Shown: positions 38,084 to 47,434 of the stretch, in pieces
Numbering within the stretch: position 1 is the stretch's first letter
Layout of the letters: each line of letters starts with the position of its first letter
Assembly (NCBI GenBank): GCA_965203805.1
Contig: OZ241917.1
Span: 5,504,001-5,568,000 of the forward strand
Direction: 5' to 3'
DNA from: Candidatus Latescibacterota bacterium
Lineage (GTDB): Bacteria > Latescibacterota > UBA2968 > GCA-2709665
DNA: 64,000 nt
The notes under the pieces: generated by a model
What the model saw: only the letters and a program-made list of their open reading frames with translations
Databases searched by the model: none
Told to the model about the DNA's origin: nothing
Translations under genes and position numbers: made by a program

Positions 38084-39139
38084 ATGCCGATTTTGTCGCA
38101 TGAAACCTTAAGAAAATGCGGGTACGCGGTATTTGTCGCCGCCGGGCTGCCGGAAGACCAGGCGCGGATTGTAACCGATCACCTCGTGGATGCGAATCTG
38201 ATGGGCCACGACTCCCACGGCATCCACCGGATGCCCGGCTACGCACGCGGCGTGAAGGCGGGGACGATCAAGCCCGCCGGAAACCATGAAGTGGTTCGGG
38301 AGACGCCGGCTTCCCTGACCATCGACGCCGGCGGAGGAATCGGCATCGTGGTGGCCAATATCGCCATGCGCATGGCGGTAGACCGGGCCCTTCGGCACAC
38401 GCTCGGTGCGGTTGCGGTGCATCGGTCCGGACACATCGGCAGGCTGGGAGACTTTCCGTCCGTTGCGGCGGCGCGCGATTGTATCGGAATCCTGATATTG
38501 AACGGCGGAGGGCGGTTCGCTGCGCCCTTCGGCGGCACCGCCCAGCGGCTGCCCCCCAACCCGATCGCAATCGGCGTCCCCACCCGAGACGGCCCCCCCA
38601 TGACGCTGGATATCACGACCAGTATGGTCGCGGGCGGCAAGGTGGACATCTGCCGTTTGCGGAATCAACGAATGCCCGAAGGCTGGATGGTCGACCTGGA
38701 TGGAAACACCGTCACTGATCCCGAGGAATTCTACGCCGGAAACGCGGCCATGCTGCCCCTGGGAGGCCCGGTGGGCCATAAGGGATACGGTCTGGCAATG
38801 ATGATCGACGCCATCGCGGGCGGACTTTCCTGGGCCGGATGCAGTACGGAGGCGCCCACCCGGGGCGCGAGCGGATTTCTGGCATTGGCAATAAAGATCG
38901 AGAGCTTCGTGGACGTGGACGATTTCAAGTCGGAGGTGGGGAAACTGATCGATTGGGTGAAGTCGTCGCCGAAGATGCCCGGGGTTGAGACGATCTACGT
39001 GCCGGGTGAGATTGAAACGGAGACGCGAAGGGAACGGGAGTCTGAAGGGGTGTATCTGGAGGACGCGACATGGTCGGAGATCCGTTCCGTGGCCGAAGAA
39101 ATGGGCGTACCGGTGACGGAATCGGGCGCCGTGGAATAA
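38084..39139 (+). CDS. Ldh_2 family (malate/L-lactate/ureidoglycolate-type) oxidoreductase
   Basis: GHDSHG, GHIGRLG, PNPIAIG, LDITTS, GHKGYGL, VPGE. Confidence 0.92.
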   Translation: MPILSHETLRKCGYAVFVAAGLPEDQARIVTDHLVDANLMGHDSHGIHRMPGYARGVKAGTIKPAGNHEVVRETPASLTIDAGGGIGIVVANIAMRMAVDRALRHTLGAVAVHRSGHIGRLGDFPSVAAARDCIGILILNGGGRFAAPFGGTAQRLPPNPIAIGVPTRDGPPMTLDITTSMVAGGKVDICRLRNQRMPEGWMVDLDGNTVTDPEEFYAGNAAMLPLGGPVGHKGYGLAMMIDAIAGGLSWAGCSTEAPTRGASGFLALAIKIESFVDVDDFKSEVGKLIDWVKSSPKMPGVETIYVPGEIETETRRERESEGVYLEDATWSEIRSVAEEMGVPVTESGAVE

Positions 39140-39160
39140 ACCTCACAATGGAGACCGGGT

Positions 39161-41788
39161 ATGACCGCTCGTCCGGGGTCGGTTGTCAACTTCTGCAAGA
39201 CGGTGTTGCCGCTTCTGCACGGGAAATCGGACGGAAGACGGATTCTTCAGGACGTACGCGAGGTTGTGGCTACCGACCGGTGGAATTCATTCGACCGGTT
39301 CGCGGACACCACGGCGTTTCTTGTGCGTCGTTACGAGGAATCCGGCGCGAAGGCGGAAGTGCATACCATGCGGACCGGCGGAGCCATCGGGTCGGGGCGT
39401 TGGATCATCCACAAGGCCGCGGACGTGCGTTCCGCGACGATGGACGTGATCCGACCGGTGAAAACGCGTGTCCTGGACTACAGAGAGAATCCGTGGCACG
39501 TCATTCAATGGAGCGATGCCACGCCGCCGGGAGGGATGGAGAACGAGTTGGTTGTCGTGGATTCAAAGGAGGCCCTGACCCGGATTCCCGCAGGCGGACT
39601 GGCAGGGAAGTTGGTCCTGACGCGCATGGATCCACGCGGCATGTTGCGGTCCTTCTCGGAGGCCGGCGCGGCGGGGGTGGTCGCCGATCATCCCGTACCG
39701 AATCTGCCCGACGCGACCGCGTGGACGAAATTCGGGTGGGGCGGGGTCCCCATTCAGGATGCGGCCGTCCAGATGGTTGGCCTGGTTTTATCGGAGAACC
39801 AGGGAAAACGCCTGCGACGCCTGCTGCGCAGGCACGGCTCATTGACCGTCCGGACAGACGTGGACATCCGTCACTACCAGGGAACGCACGATCAGGTGAG
39901 CGGGGTTGTGCACGGTGACGCGGATCCCCAGGATGAAGTGTGGGCGCTCGCGCACAGCGCGGAACCCGGTGCAATCGACAATGCGTCGGGGGTGGCGCTG
40001 TGCCTGGAAATCGCGCGTGTCCTCGAGGAACTGATCGCAGCCGGTGAACTGGCGCGGCCCAGACGCACCATACGTCTGCTGAACGCCTACGAGTGTCACG
40101 GGTTTTTCAAGTATCTGGAGGACACACAGCGCCTGCAGACTCCTCTCGCCGGCGTTGTGATCGATTCGGTGGGAAGCAAGCCCTCGGTATGCGGCGGCCG
40201 GATCGAGTGGCATGCCTCAATTCCAATGTCGGCCGGTTTCGTGGACCGTCTGGGCGAGACGATCCTGACGGAAACGCTGCGGCTGCGAAACCCCGGCTAT
40301 CGCCTGTCTATGGAGCCGTTCCAACCCACCTCAGACACGCTCATCGGGGATCCGAAGTATGGATTTCCGTGTCCCTGGCTCACCACGCACCACCATAAGC
40401 CCGGACGGGGATTCGACGCCTACCATTCGTCCGCGGACACGCCGGCTCTGTTAAGCACAAGGGGGCTTGCGGCGTGCGCCACGGCGATGGCGGGATATCT
40501 CTACTGGCTGGCGGACGCAGGCACGGAGGACATCGTCGACGTGGCCGCCGCGGAGACCGCACGGACGATTGACCGGTTAGGGGTGGAGGGCCAGTCGGTT
40601 GCTCAGGTCGAATACGAACGCGAGCAGCATCGCGTGAACCTGGAGAAGCTTCATCGCTGGTTGTGGGGCGGGCGCCGTCGGGACGTTCTGGAGCAGTTCG
40701 CAGGGTACGAGCGCGAGGTTCGGGAGTCCGCGGCGGATGCCGAAAGGGGCAAGAGACGTCCGCGCCGAAGGCGTGTCGAGAGTGCGGACCGGATTCCGAG
40801 GCGCACGCGTGTGTTGTCTCCGATCGGGGAAAACACGCCGCCGGAGATCGCCGGACGTATCAGCAAAACAGGGCTTTCTCCCTGGACGCTGTTCTGGGCG
40901 GATGGCAACCGGACAATTCAGGAGATTTCGCAGGCCGTGGCGTGCGAGACCGGCAACGAAGTGAAAGCGGCGAGCGTCGTCGCTTATTTCGAAGCGCATG
41001 CTGAACTGGGGTACGTGGAGCTTATCGAGAAATCGGAACGGGTGACGCGCGCGAGCCTCGCGGCGGACCTCCGTTCACTGGGTCTGGCCCGTGGCATGGA
41101 CGTGATGGTGCACAGTTCCCTGTCGTCCATCGGGCACGTGGCGGGTGGCGCGGATACGGTGATCCAGGCGTTGCTGGACGTGATCGGAAAGCGCGGCACA
41201 CTGATGATGCCCTCGTTTCACCACCGGGCCGCACAGGTGTACAATCCGATGACGACACCCACGACCAACGGCGCGATCCCCGATGCGTTCTGGCGGCGTC
41301 CCGACGCGGTCAGGAGCGACCATTCCACGCACGCGGTGGCGGCGGTGGGACCCAGAGCCGAGGCCTTCTGCAAGGATCACGGCGGGAAAGGACTGTGGAC
41401 GCCCAACAGCCCCATAGGCCAACTCGTGCACGGAAACGGTCACGTACTCCTGCTTGGCGTCGACCACAATGCCACGACAGCCTACCACGTGGCCGAGTTA
41501 TCGGTGCCCTGTGGATGCATCGACCCTTTCGGCAACTTCTACAGCGTCGTCGCGCCGGACGGGGGCGTGCGGAAGGTCAGGGGGCTGGCGTTCAGATCGG
41601 CGCTGTGTCCGGTGCCGCCGGGCAAGCTGAACAGGGCTCTGGACCGCAGGGGAAAACAGCGCCGTGGAAAAGTGGGCCGGGCGGACTCGTTCTTCGTGCC
41701 CGCAATAGAGGTCTGGAAGGCGCGGCGGGACCATCTGCGGCGCGTTTGTCCGACGTGTGATATCAAACCTCGAATCGATGCGTCATAG
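39161..41788 (+). CDS. Fusion of an M28/DUF4910-like peptidase and an AAC(3)-family N-acetyltransferase
   Basis: AHSAEPGAIDNASG, YHSSADT; then VMVHSSLSSIG, GTLMMPSF, RSDHSTHAVAAVG, LLLGV...TAYHVAE. Confidence 0.85.
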   Translation: MTARPGSVVNFCKTVLPLLHGKSDGRRILQDVREVVATDRWNSFDRFADTTAFLVRRYEESGAKAEVHTMRTGGAIGSGRWIIHKAADVRSATMDVIRPVKTRVLDYRENPWHVIQWSDATPPGGMENELVVVDSKEALTRIPAGGLAGKLVLTRMDPRGMLRSFSEAGAAGVVADHPVPNLPDATAWTKFGWGGVPIQDAAVQMVGLVLSENQGKRLRRLLRRHGSLTVRTDVDIRHYQGTHDQVSGVVHGDADPQDEVWALAHSAEPGAIDNASGVALCLEIARVLEELIAAGELARPRRTIRLLNAYECHGFFKYLEDTQRLQTPLAGVVIDSVGSKPSVCGGRIEWHASIPMSAGFVDRLGETILTETLRLRNPGYRLSMEPFQPTSDTLIGDPKYGFPCPWLTTHHHKPGRGFDAYHSSADTPALLSTRGLAACATAMAGYLYWLADAGTEDIVDVAAAETARTIDRLGVEGQSVAQVEYEREQHRVNLEKLHRWLWGGRRRDVLEQFAGYEREVRESAADAERGKRRPRRRRVESADRIPRRTRVLSPIGENTPPEIAGRISKTGLSPWTLFWADGNRTIQEISQAVACETGNEVKAASVVAYFEAHAELGYVELIEKSERVTRASLAADLRSLGLARGMDVMVHSSLSSIGHVAGGADTVIQALLDVIGKRGTLMMPSFHHRAAQVYNPMTTPTTNGAIPDAFWRRPDAVRSDHSTHAVAAVGPRAEAFCKDHGGKGLWTPNSPIGQLVHGNGHVLLLGVDHNATTAYHVAELSVPCGCIDPFGNFYSVVAPDGGVRKVRGLAFRSALCPVPPGKLNRALDRRGKQRRGKVGRADSFFVPAIEVWKARRDHLRRVCPTCDIKPRIDAS

Positions 41789-41825
41789 GCGCACGGACGG
41801 ATGCGCCGGGAGCGGATAGTACACG

Positions 41826-43121
41826 ATGAATACGGTTCGATCCACAGCGCTTTTCGAGGCGAGTTCCCGATACCTCGCGATGGGTGTGTCTTCGGGTATG
41901 CGTCGCGCCGTGACGTCCCCGCCGCTTTTCTTCGAGCGGGCGGACGGGGCGTACTACTACGACGTGGACGGAAACAGACTGCTGGACTATACCCTGGCGT
42001 GGGGGCCGTTGATTCTCGGTTCGAATCATCCGGAACTGAATGCGGCCGTGGCGGAGGCGGTTCGGAATTCATACACCCTCGGGGCCCAGCATCCGGGCGA
42101 GGTTGCCTTCGCAAAGCTGCTGGTGGAAACACTTCCGGGCGTCGACCAGGTGATTTTCTCCAATACGGGCTCCGAGGCCGTTCAGGCGGCCCTGAGACTT
42201 GCGCGCGCCGCAACCGGTCGTACCAAGTTCGTCAAATTCGAGGGACATTACCACGGATGGTTGAACAACATTCTCGTGAGTTACCACGAATCCGACGAAG
42301 CACTCGGGAACCTGGAAGCACCCAGGGTCGTGCCCGCCTGCGGCGGCCAGCCGGCGGCCGAATATGCGGAGACTGTCACGTTGCCATGGAACCGGTTGGA
42401 CCTGCTGGAAAACCTGTTCGCCGAACGGGGATCGGAGATTGCAGCGGTCATCACCGAGCCGGTACTGGCCAACTCCGGATCCATCATGCCCTCGGAGGGG
42501 TTCCTTCAGGGGATGGTCGATCTGTGTCGAAGCAACGGCGCGGTTTCGATATTTGACGAGGTCATTACCGGGTTTCGCCTCGCTCTTGGGGGCGCCAGGG
42601 AATATTTCGACGCGATCCCCGATCTCTCGGTCTACGCGAAGGCGTTGGCCGGCGGATTCACGCTTTCCGCGGTGGCCGGTTCGCGCAGGATGTTTGACGT
42701 GCTCAGAAACGGCGCGACAATCCACGCGGGGACGTACAACGGCAGCACGGTCAATCTTGCCGCAGGGCTTGCGACGGTTACGATCCTGAGCGCGGATCCC
42801 CGGGCCTTCCAACGGATGCATGAGCACGGATACGCGATTCGGCGGGCGATTGAGGCGGCTGCGGCTTCCCGGGGAATCCACGTCTGCACGTCGGGAGCGG
42901 GCACGGTCTTCAACGTTCACTTCGGTGTAGGTTCTCCCCCCGTTCACTACAGGGACCTGACGGCGACGGATATGGCGCTTTATACGCGATTCAGGACCGG
43001 CATGCTGGAGGCTGGCATTCAATTGTTGCCGGACGGCCGATGGTACGTGGGTCTGGCCCATGGAGAAGAGGAACTGAGTCAGGTGCGCGCGGCGGTAGGG
43101 TCTGTGGTCGCCGCAATGTAA
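41826..43121 (+). CDS. Class III aminotransferase (GSA-aminomutase-like)
   Basis: WGPLILG, NTGSEA, KFEGHYHG, IFDEVITGFR, AKALAGG, HAGTYNG. Confidence 0.9.
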   Translation: MNTVRSTALFEASSRYLAMGVSSGMRRAVTSPPLFFERADGAYYYDVDGNRLLDYTLAWGPLILGSNHPELNAAVAEAVRNSYTLGAQHPGEVAFAKLLVETLPGVDQVIFSNTGSEAVQAALRLARAATGRTKFVKFEGHYHGWLNNILVSYHESDEALGNLEAPRVVPACGGQPAAEYAETVTLPWNRLDLLENLFAERGSEIAAVITEPVLANSGSIMPSEGFLQGMVDLCRSNGAVSIFDEVITGFRLALGGAREYFDAIPDLSVYAKALAGGFTLSAVAGSRRMFDVLRNGATIHAGTYNGSTVNLAAGLATVTILSADPRAFQRMHEHGYAIRRAIEAAAASRGIHVCTSGAGTVFNVHFGVGSPPVHYRDLTATDMALYTRFRTGMLEAGIQLLPDGRWYVGLAHGEEELSQVRAAVGSVVAAM

Positions 43122-43277
43122 CGTGCCGTTCGCCGGAATTGTCGCGATCGATTCGCAATGTCGTCCCGTTTCCCCGCGTCAGCCTGCGCCGGCTCCGTGG
43201 TAACGGGTCTGCGGGAACCGGCTGCCCAACCGCTCGTCGGCCGTGGCGCGCTTATCCTGTTTACAGGGTCAAATACC

Positions 43278-43306
43278 TTGACAACGGGGAGGCGTTATGG
43301 TAAAAT
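43278..43306 (+). promoter_or_regulatory. Sigma70-type promoter with an extended -10
   Basis: TTGACA-17 nt-TAAAAT, preceded by TGG. Confidence 0.7.
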
Positions 43307-43380
43307 CACAGAGAGTTCCGGGATAATGGTTGCAGTTCGAAGGGCCGCCCGCACCCGTGGAAAGCTGGAGGAAAACGTAT

Positions 43381-44157
43381 ATGGGGATGGATGACATTCA
43401 GCCTCTTCTGGAAAGCTGGCCATACGAGCCGGACAAACTCTGTGTGAGACGCATCAAGGGGACGGATGGCGAGGAAAAAATACAGCTCCGCGTGGAGATG
43501 GGGATACTGCAGATGGAAGTCTCAGGCCGCCCGGACGGACAGCGCCCCCACGGATATGAGTCGCTGCTCCACTACTACAAGGCGAAAGTGCGGGCGTCGC
43601 CGGAGGACTCGAAGACCTACAGGCTCGACCCGGACGTCTGCCTGTCACTTCAGGTCGAAGGGCTCCAGTATTACCATCGACGGATCAGTTTTCTTGAACT
43701 GGGAGAATATCGACTCGCTCAGGATGACGCTCAGCGAAACCTCGATATGTTCGACTTCGTCAAGGAACACGCGCGCGAAGAAGAAGATAGCATGGTCCTT
43801 GAGCAATACAGGCCCTTCGTTATCGGACATCGCATACGTGCGGTGGTCCTGCAGGAACTGGAGGACGAGAATTTCGATCGGGCGCTCCTGGAAATCCACA
43901 ACGGCATTGAAGAGATCCAGGGGTTCTTCAAAGAGTACGACAGGCCCGACCTTGTGGAAGACAGCGAAGAGGTAGTTTTTTTGAAGGAATGGGCGGAAGA
44001 AATCCGAAAGGATCGACCCAGGCCTCTGTTTCAGGACCTCAAGGAGCAACTCAGCGAGGCGGTCGCCATTGAAGATTTCGAGCGCGCCGCCCAGCTGCGG
44101 GATCAGCTGCAGGCACTTTCGCCCGGTTCAGACCGAAAATCCGGAACCCGCAAGTAG
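43381..44157 (+). CDS. Conserved hypothetical protein with a C-terminal UVR (UvrB/UvrC) motif
   Basis: GGAGG RBS; C-terminal LSEAVAIEDFERAAQLRDQL. Confidence 0.85.
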   Translation: MGMDDIQPLLESWPYEPDKLCVRRIKGTDGEEKIQLRVEMGILQMEVSGRPDGQRPHGYESLLHYYKAKVRASPEDSKTYRLDPDVCLSLQVEGLQYYHRRISFLELGEYRLAQDDAQRNLDMFDFVKEHAREEEDSMVLEQYRPFVIGHRIRAVVLQELEDENFDRALLEIHNGIEEIQGFFKEYDRPDLVEDSEEVVFLKEWAEEIRKDRPRPLFQDLKEQLSEAVAIEDFERAAQLRDQLQALSPGSDRKSGTRK

Positions 44158-44184
44158 CGTCCGGCCCGAAAGGGGACTGATCTA

Positions 44185-45486
44185 TTGGCGGTGCATGAAA
44201 TCTTCACCTCAAGGGAGCCGGAACGCGCAATTCTGGTGGGCATGGCGCTTCCGGGCAATTCATCCTGGGATACAGACGACACGCTGAATGAACTTGCGTT
44301 ACTCGCGGACACTGCAGGTGCGCAGGTTGTGGGCCGGATGGTGCAGGAGCGGGAAAGCATCGATCCGGCTTTTTTTATCGGCCGGGGCAAGGCTGAGGAA
44401 CTTGCGGTCCGCGTGAAACAACTCCGGGCGCAAGTGGTAATCTTCGACGACGACCTGTCGCCTGCCCAATTCAAGAACATCGAGGAAGTGGCGGGCGCCA
44501 ACGTCATCGATCGGAGCCGGCTGATCCTGGACATCTTCGCGGGACGGGCCAAGACGCGCGAGGCCCAGACCCAGGTGGAACTGGCACAACTCAACTACCT
44601 GTTGCCGCGGCTGACGCGCCGATGGACGCATCTGTCGCGCCAGGCCGGCCACGGCGGGACGACCGGTGGAATCGGCACCCGGGGTCCGGGAGAAACGCAA
44701 CTGGAGGTGGACCGCCGGGCGCTGCGGAGCCGTATCGGGGTCTTGACCAGAGCGCTGAACCGGATCGCCAGGCGGCGTGTACTGGGGCGTAAGCAGCGAA
44801 CGGATACGTACCGTATCTCCCTGGTGGGCTATACGAATGCCGGAAAATCGACGTTGATGCGCGCACTTTCCGGCGCCGACGTGTTCGTGGAAGACCGCTT
44901 GTTCGCAACGCTGGACTCCACGACCCGCAGAGTCTATCTGGGGTACAATCGGGAAGTCCTGCTGACCGACACGGTCGGGTTTATCCGAAAGCTGCCGCAT
45001 CACCTTGTCGCTTCGTTCAGAAGCACACTCGAGGAGGCGGTTGATGCGGACCTGTTATTGCACGTTGTCGACGTGAGCCATCCAATGTGCGAAGAGCAGA
45101 TCGGGGCGGTGCATGAAACGCTCCACGGACTGGGCATCGCGGAGTACCCCACGTTGATGGCATTCAACAAGATCGATCAGTTTCACGATCCGTCTATGCA
45201 GGGGCGGCTTCGGGCCGGGTATCCGGACGGCATCTGGATCTCGGCACAGGAAAACCGCGGGCTGGACGATCTGCGGTGGGCGATTTACGACCGGCTCGAG
45301 GGCGAACGCAAGGTGATGCAACTGCGTGTTCCCCAGGCGGAAGGAAAGCTCCTCTCGGAACTGTATCGGGTGGGGGAGATATTGAATACGACCTATAAGG
45401 GAAACGATGTGTTTCTGGAGATCAAGCTGAGCCGCCAGAATGCGAGGCGGCTCCTTCCCGACGGAAGGTTTCGGATCAAACGATGA
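44185..45486 (+). CDS. hflX: GTPase HflX
   Basis: GPGETQLEVDRR, GYTNAGKST, LFATLD, DTVGFI, NKID. Confidence 0.96.
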   Translation: MAVHEIFTSREPERAILVGMALPGNSSWDTDDTLNELALLADTAGAQVVGRMVQERESIDPAFFIGRGKAEELAVRVKQLRAQVVIFDDDLSPAQFKNIEEVAGANVIDRSRLILDIFAGRAKTREAQTQVELAQLNYLLPRLTRRWTHLSRQAGHGGTTGGIGTRGPGETQLEVDRRALRSRIGVLTRALNRIARRRVLGRKQRTDTYRISLVGYTNAGKSTLMRALSGADVFVEDRLFATLDSTTRRVYLGYNREVLLTDTVGFIRKLPHHLVASFRSTLEEAVDADLLLHVVDVSHPMCEEQIGAVHETLHGLGIAEYPTLMAFNKIDQFHDPSMQGRLRAGYPDGIWISAQENRGLDDLRWAIYDRLEGERKVMQLRVPQAEGKLLSELYRVGEILNTTYKGNDVFLEIKLSRQNARRLLPDGRFRIKR

Positions 45487-45519
45487 ATTGAAGCTCGATC
45501 TTTGCGGGATGATAAAACG

Positions 45520-45561
45520 AAACAGGCGTTTGCGGTTTCCATCCGCAAACGCCTGTTTTTT
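45520..45561. terminator. Bidirectional intrinsic terminator
   Basis: 16-bp stem AAACAGGCGTTTGCGG-(7 nt)-CCGCAAACGCCTGTTT plus T run, between convergent genes. Confidence 0.85.
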
Positions 45562-45595
45562 CTGAATAGCCGGTATCTTCGGACACGCCAGCAGG

Positions 45596-46018
45596 TCAGG
45601 TCGGGGATTCATCTTCTGTATCGGCAGGCGGAGACTCCTGGCCATCAACCTCCGCGGGCGATGCAACTTCGTCTCCAGCAGCGCACTTCCCCCTGATAAT
45701 GGCGCCTTCTTCCACGACGATGGAACGCGCCGCGATGTCTCCGTTGAAGACGGCGCTGGCTTCCAGCTTGACGCTCCCGTCGGCTTCCAGTTTTCCGGTA
45801 ACTTCCCCGCCTATCACCGCGTCACGCACCCGGACGACCTCTGCATCCACTCTTCCGGACGGACCGATGACAAGCGTGCCCGATGCATGCAGTTCGCCCT
45901 TGAGCGTGCCATCCAGTCGGATGCTCTCGTCCGACGTTACCGATCCTTCCATCACCGTGTCTTTGCCGATCACCGTTTTGATGGCTTCTTTTTCCAGCTT
46001 TTGTTTGAACGCTAACAT
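45596..46018 (-). CDS. Bactofilin (polymer-forming cytoskeletal protein)
   Basis: TVIGKDTVMEG...IRLDGTLKG...VIGPSGRV...GDI...IVVEEGA beta-helix. Confidence 0.92.
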   Translation of the reverse strand: MLAFKQKLEKEAIKTVIGKDTVMEGSVTSDESIRLDGTLKGELHASGTLVIGPSGRVDAEVVRVRDAVIGGEVTGKLEADGSVKLEASAVFNGDIAARSIVVEEGAIIRGKCAAGDEVASPAEVDGQESPPADTEDESPT

Positions 46019-46156
46019 TCGGATGTCCGCTCACGAGTCTTTTGCTATGTAAGATTGTCCGATGGGTATTTCCACGCGTTGGGGAATCTCATATTTCTGC
46101 GGACCGGCCGGAGACATCGCGGAGAGGTCGGGAACCGGGTACCGGTCATCCTGCAT

Positions 46157-46618
46157 TCATCTGGAATTCACGGAATCGCGGGGCGACCCGGCAGCGCCCT
46201 CGACCGTACTGGCGGCGGGCGCGCCTTTCTCTCCGTTCTCCTCCTGGCGTCCGGAAGAAATCGCATTCGTGAAGGAAGCCTGCGTCGGCCCCGCGTCGGG
46301 CAACAGCATCTGACGCAGTTTCTGATCGGTTCCCTGGATTCGCTTCAGGGTCAGCGCAAGTTCTTCCACACGAGCCACTTCCGCTTTCAGCCGGCTGTTC
46401 TCCGCCCTCAGGGTGTGCGCCGACTGTCGCCACTCCTGAATCTTCCATATGAAGGCGAATTCCAGGATCAGCATGATGAGCAGCAGGAGAATCGCGCCGG
46501 CGACCGCCCTGAACGGCCAGTAACCGAGCTTGAACACAATGGTGCGCGAAGCGTCGTCGGGTATGAACAGTACCGACATCTTTCTGCGCCGTTGTCTGGC
46601 CACGCAATCGGTCTCCAC
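46157..46618 (-). CDS. Single-TM coiled-coil protein resembling the N-terminus of bactofilin-associated M23 peptidases
   Basis: KMSVLFIPDD motif, TM segment and coiled coil; no LytM HxxxD/HxH motifs. Confidence 0.65.
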   Translation of the reverse strand: METDCVARQRRRKMSVLFIPDDASRTIVFKLGYWPFRAVAGAILLLLIMLILEFAFIWKIQEWRQSAHTLRAENSRLKAEVARVEELALTLKRIQGTDQKLRQMLLPDAGPTQASFTNAISSGRQEENGEKGAPAASTVEGAAGSPRDSVNSR

Positions 46619-46812
46619 TTCGGGTTCCGCCTGGTGCCGATGGCGCCGGAGGCGATTACCGCCTTCGCATCGGCGCCGATGCCTGAGATCACGTCTGCGT
46701 TCAGGTTAGCAGGCGGCGGCGGTTTTGTCAAGCGGTTTAGGGCGGGGCCGCCGCCCGATGGCGGTGCACGATGCTCGGGGACCGGCGGGTGTCCCGGTCC
46801 GCATGGTCGCAG

Positions 46813-46974
46813 CTACACGCGTTTCTGCAGCAGCCAGCCGGCCGTGAAAATCAGACCGCCGATGATCGCAAAGCGCACCTCCCGGCCGATGTCCTCTTCG
46901 TAGAGGCCGACAAACAGGCCGAAACCCATATAGATCAGCCCGGCAAGTTGAAGGATGCGAGCAAGCAGACGCAT
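46813..46974 (-). CDS. Small 2-TM membrane protein
   Basis: 53 aa with two hydrophobic segments. Confidence 0.6.
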   Translation of the reverse strand: MRLLARILQLAGLIYMGFGLFVGLYEEDIGREVRFAIIGGLIFTAGWLLQKRV

Positions 46975-47191
46975 TCGAAACCCTGTCCCCGCCTTGTCCC
47001 GTCCCGTCCGCATTTCATCGCGGCAGATCGGAGGAGGATGTGGCTTCTACGCCAGGAACATTAAGAAATTGCGGGCAATCGGTCAACCGTCCTCGTCTGC
47101 ATCGTTCCGGAAACCGGCGTAGCGTGGGCGGCGAAAACGAAAGCCGACATCAAAAGACATCGGCATTTATTCGGAGTGATAGCTTACGGCG

Positions 47192-47389
47192 GTGTTAGCG
47201 CCCCAAACACGCAACACTAAAACTGCAATCAATTGCACCGTAGACCAAGAAAGCCAAATTGATCAAAATCATCAATTCTCGCTTTTTTTGGGGCGAACAC
47301 GATAGGTGTCCAAAGACGCTTGTATAGTCGATTTTTAATACCTGATGTCTAAGTAACCAACGGTTCTTCGGCAAAATGGGCTAACACGA
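47192..47389. repeat. Three copies of a GTGTT(A/C)GC(G)CC motif in an AT-rich island flank
   Basis: GTGTTAGCGCCCCAAA (47192, +), TTTGGGGCGAACACGA (47287, -), ATGGGCTAACACGA (47376, -). Confidence 0.55.
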
Positions 47390-47434
47390 AACCTTCATGG
47401 ACCCCTATTCGAAGGCGACTCAGGATCGTATCAG

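Noticed and set aside
41040-41788. Aminoglycoside resistance gene aac(3)
   Set aside because: It is a domain of a fusion protein in a chromosomal metabolic cluster; family membership alone does not show resistance.
41826-43121. hemL
   Set aside because: GSA-aminomutase-like, but divergent and without hem gene context, so left as a class III aminotransferase.
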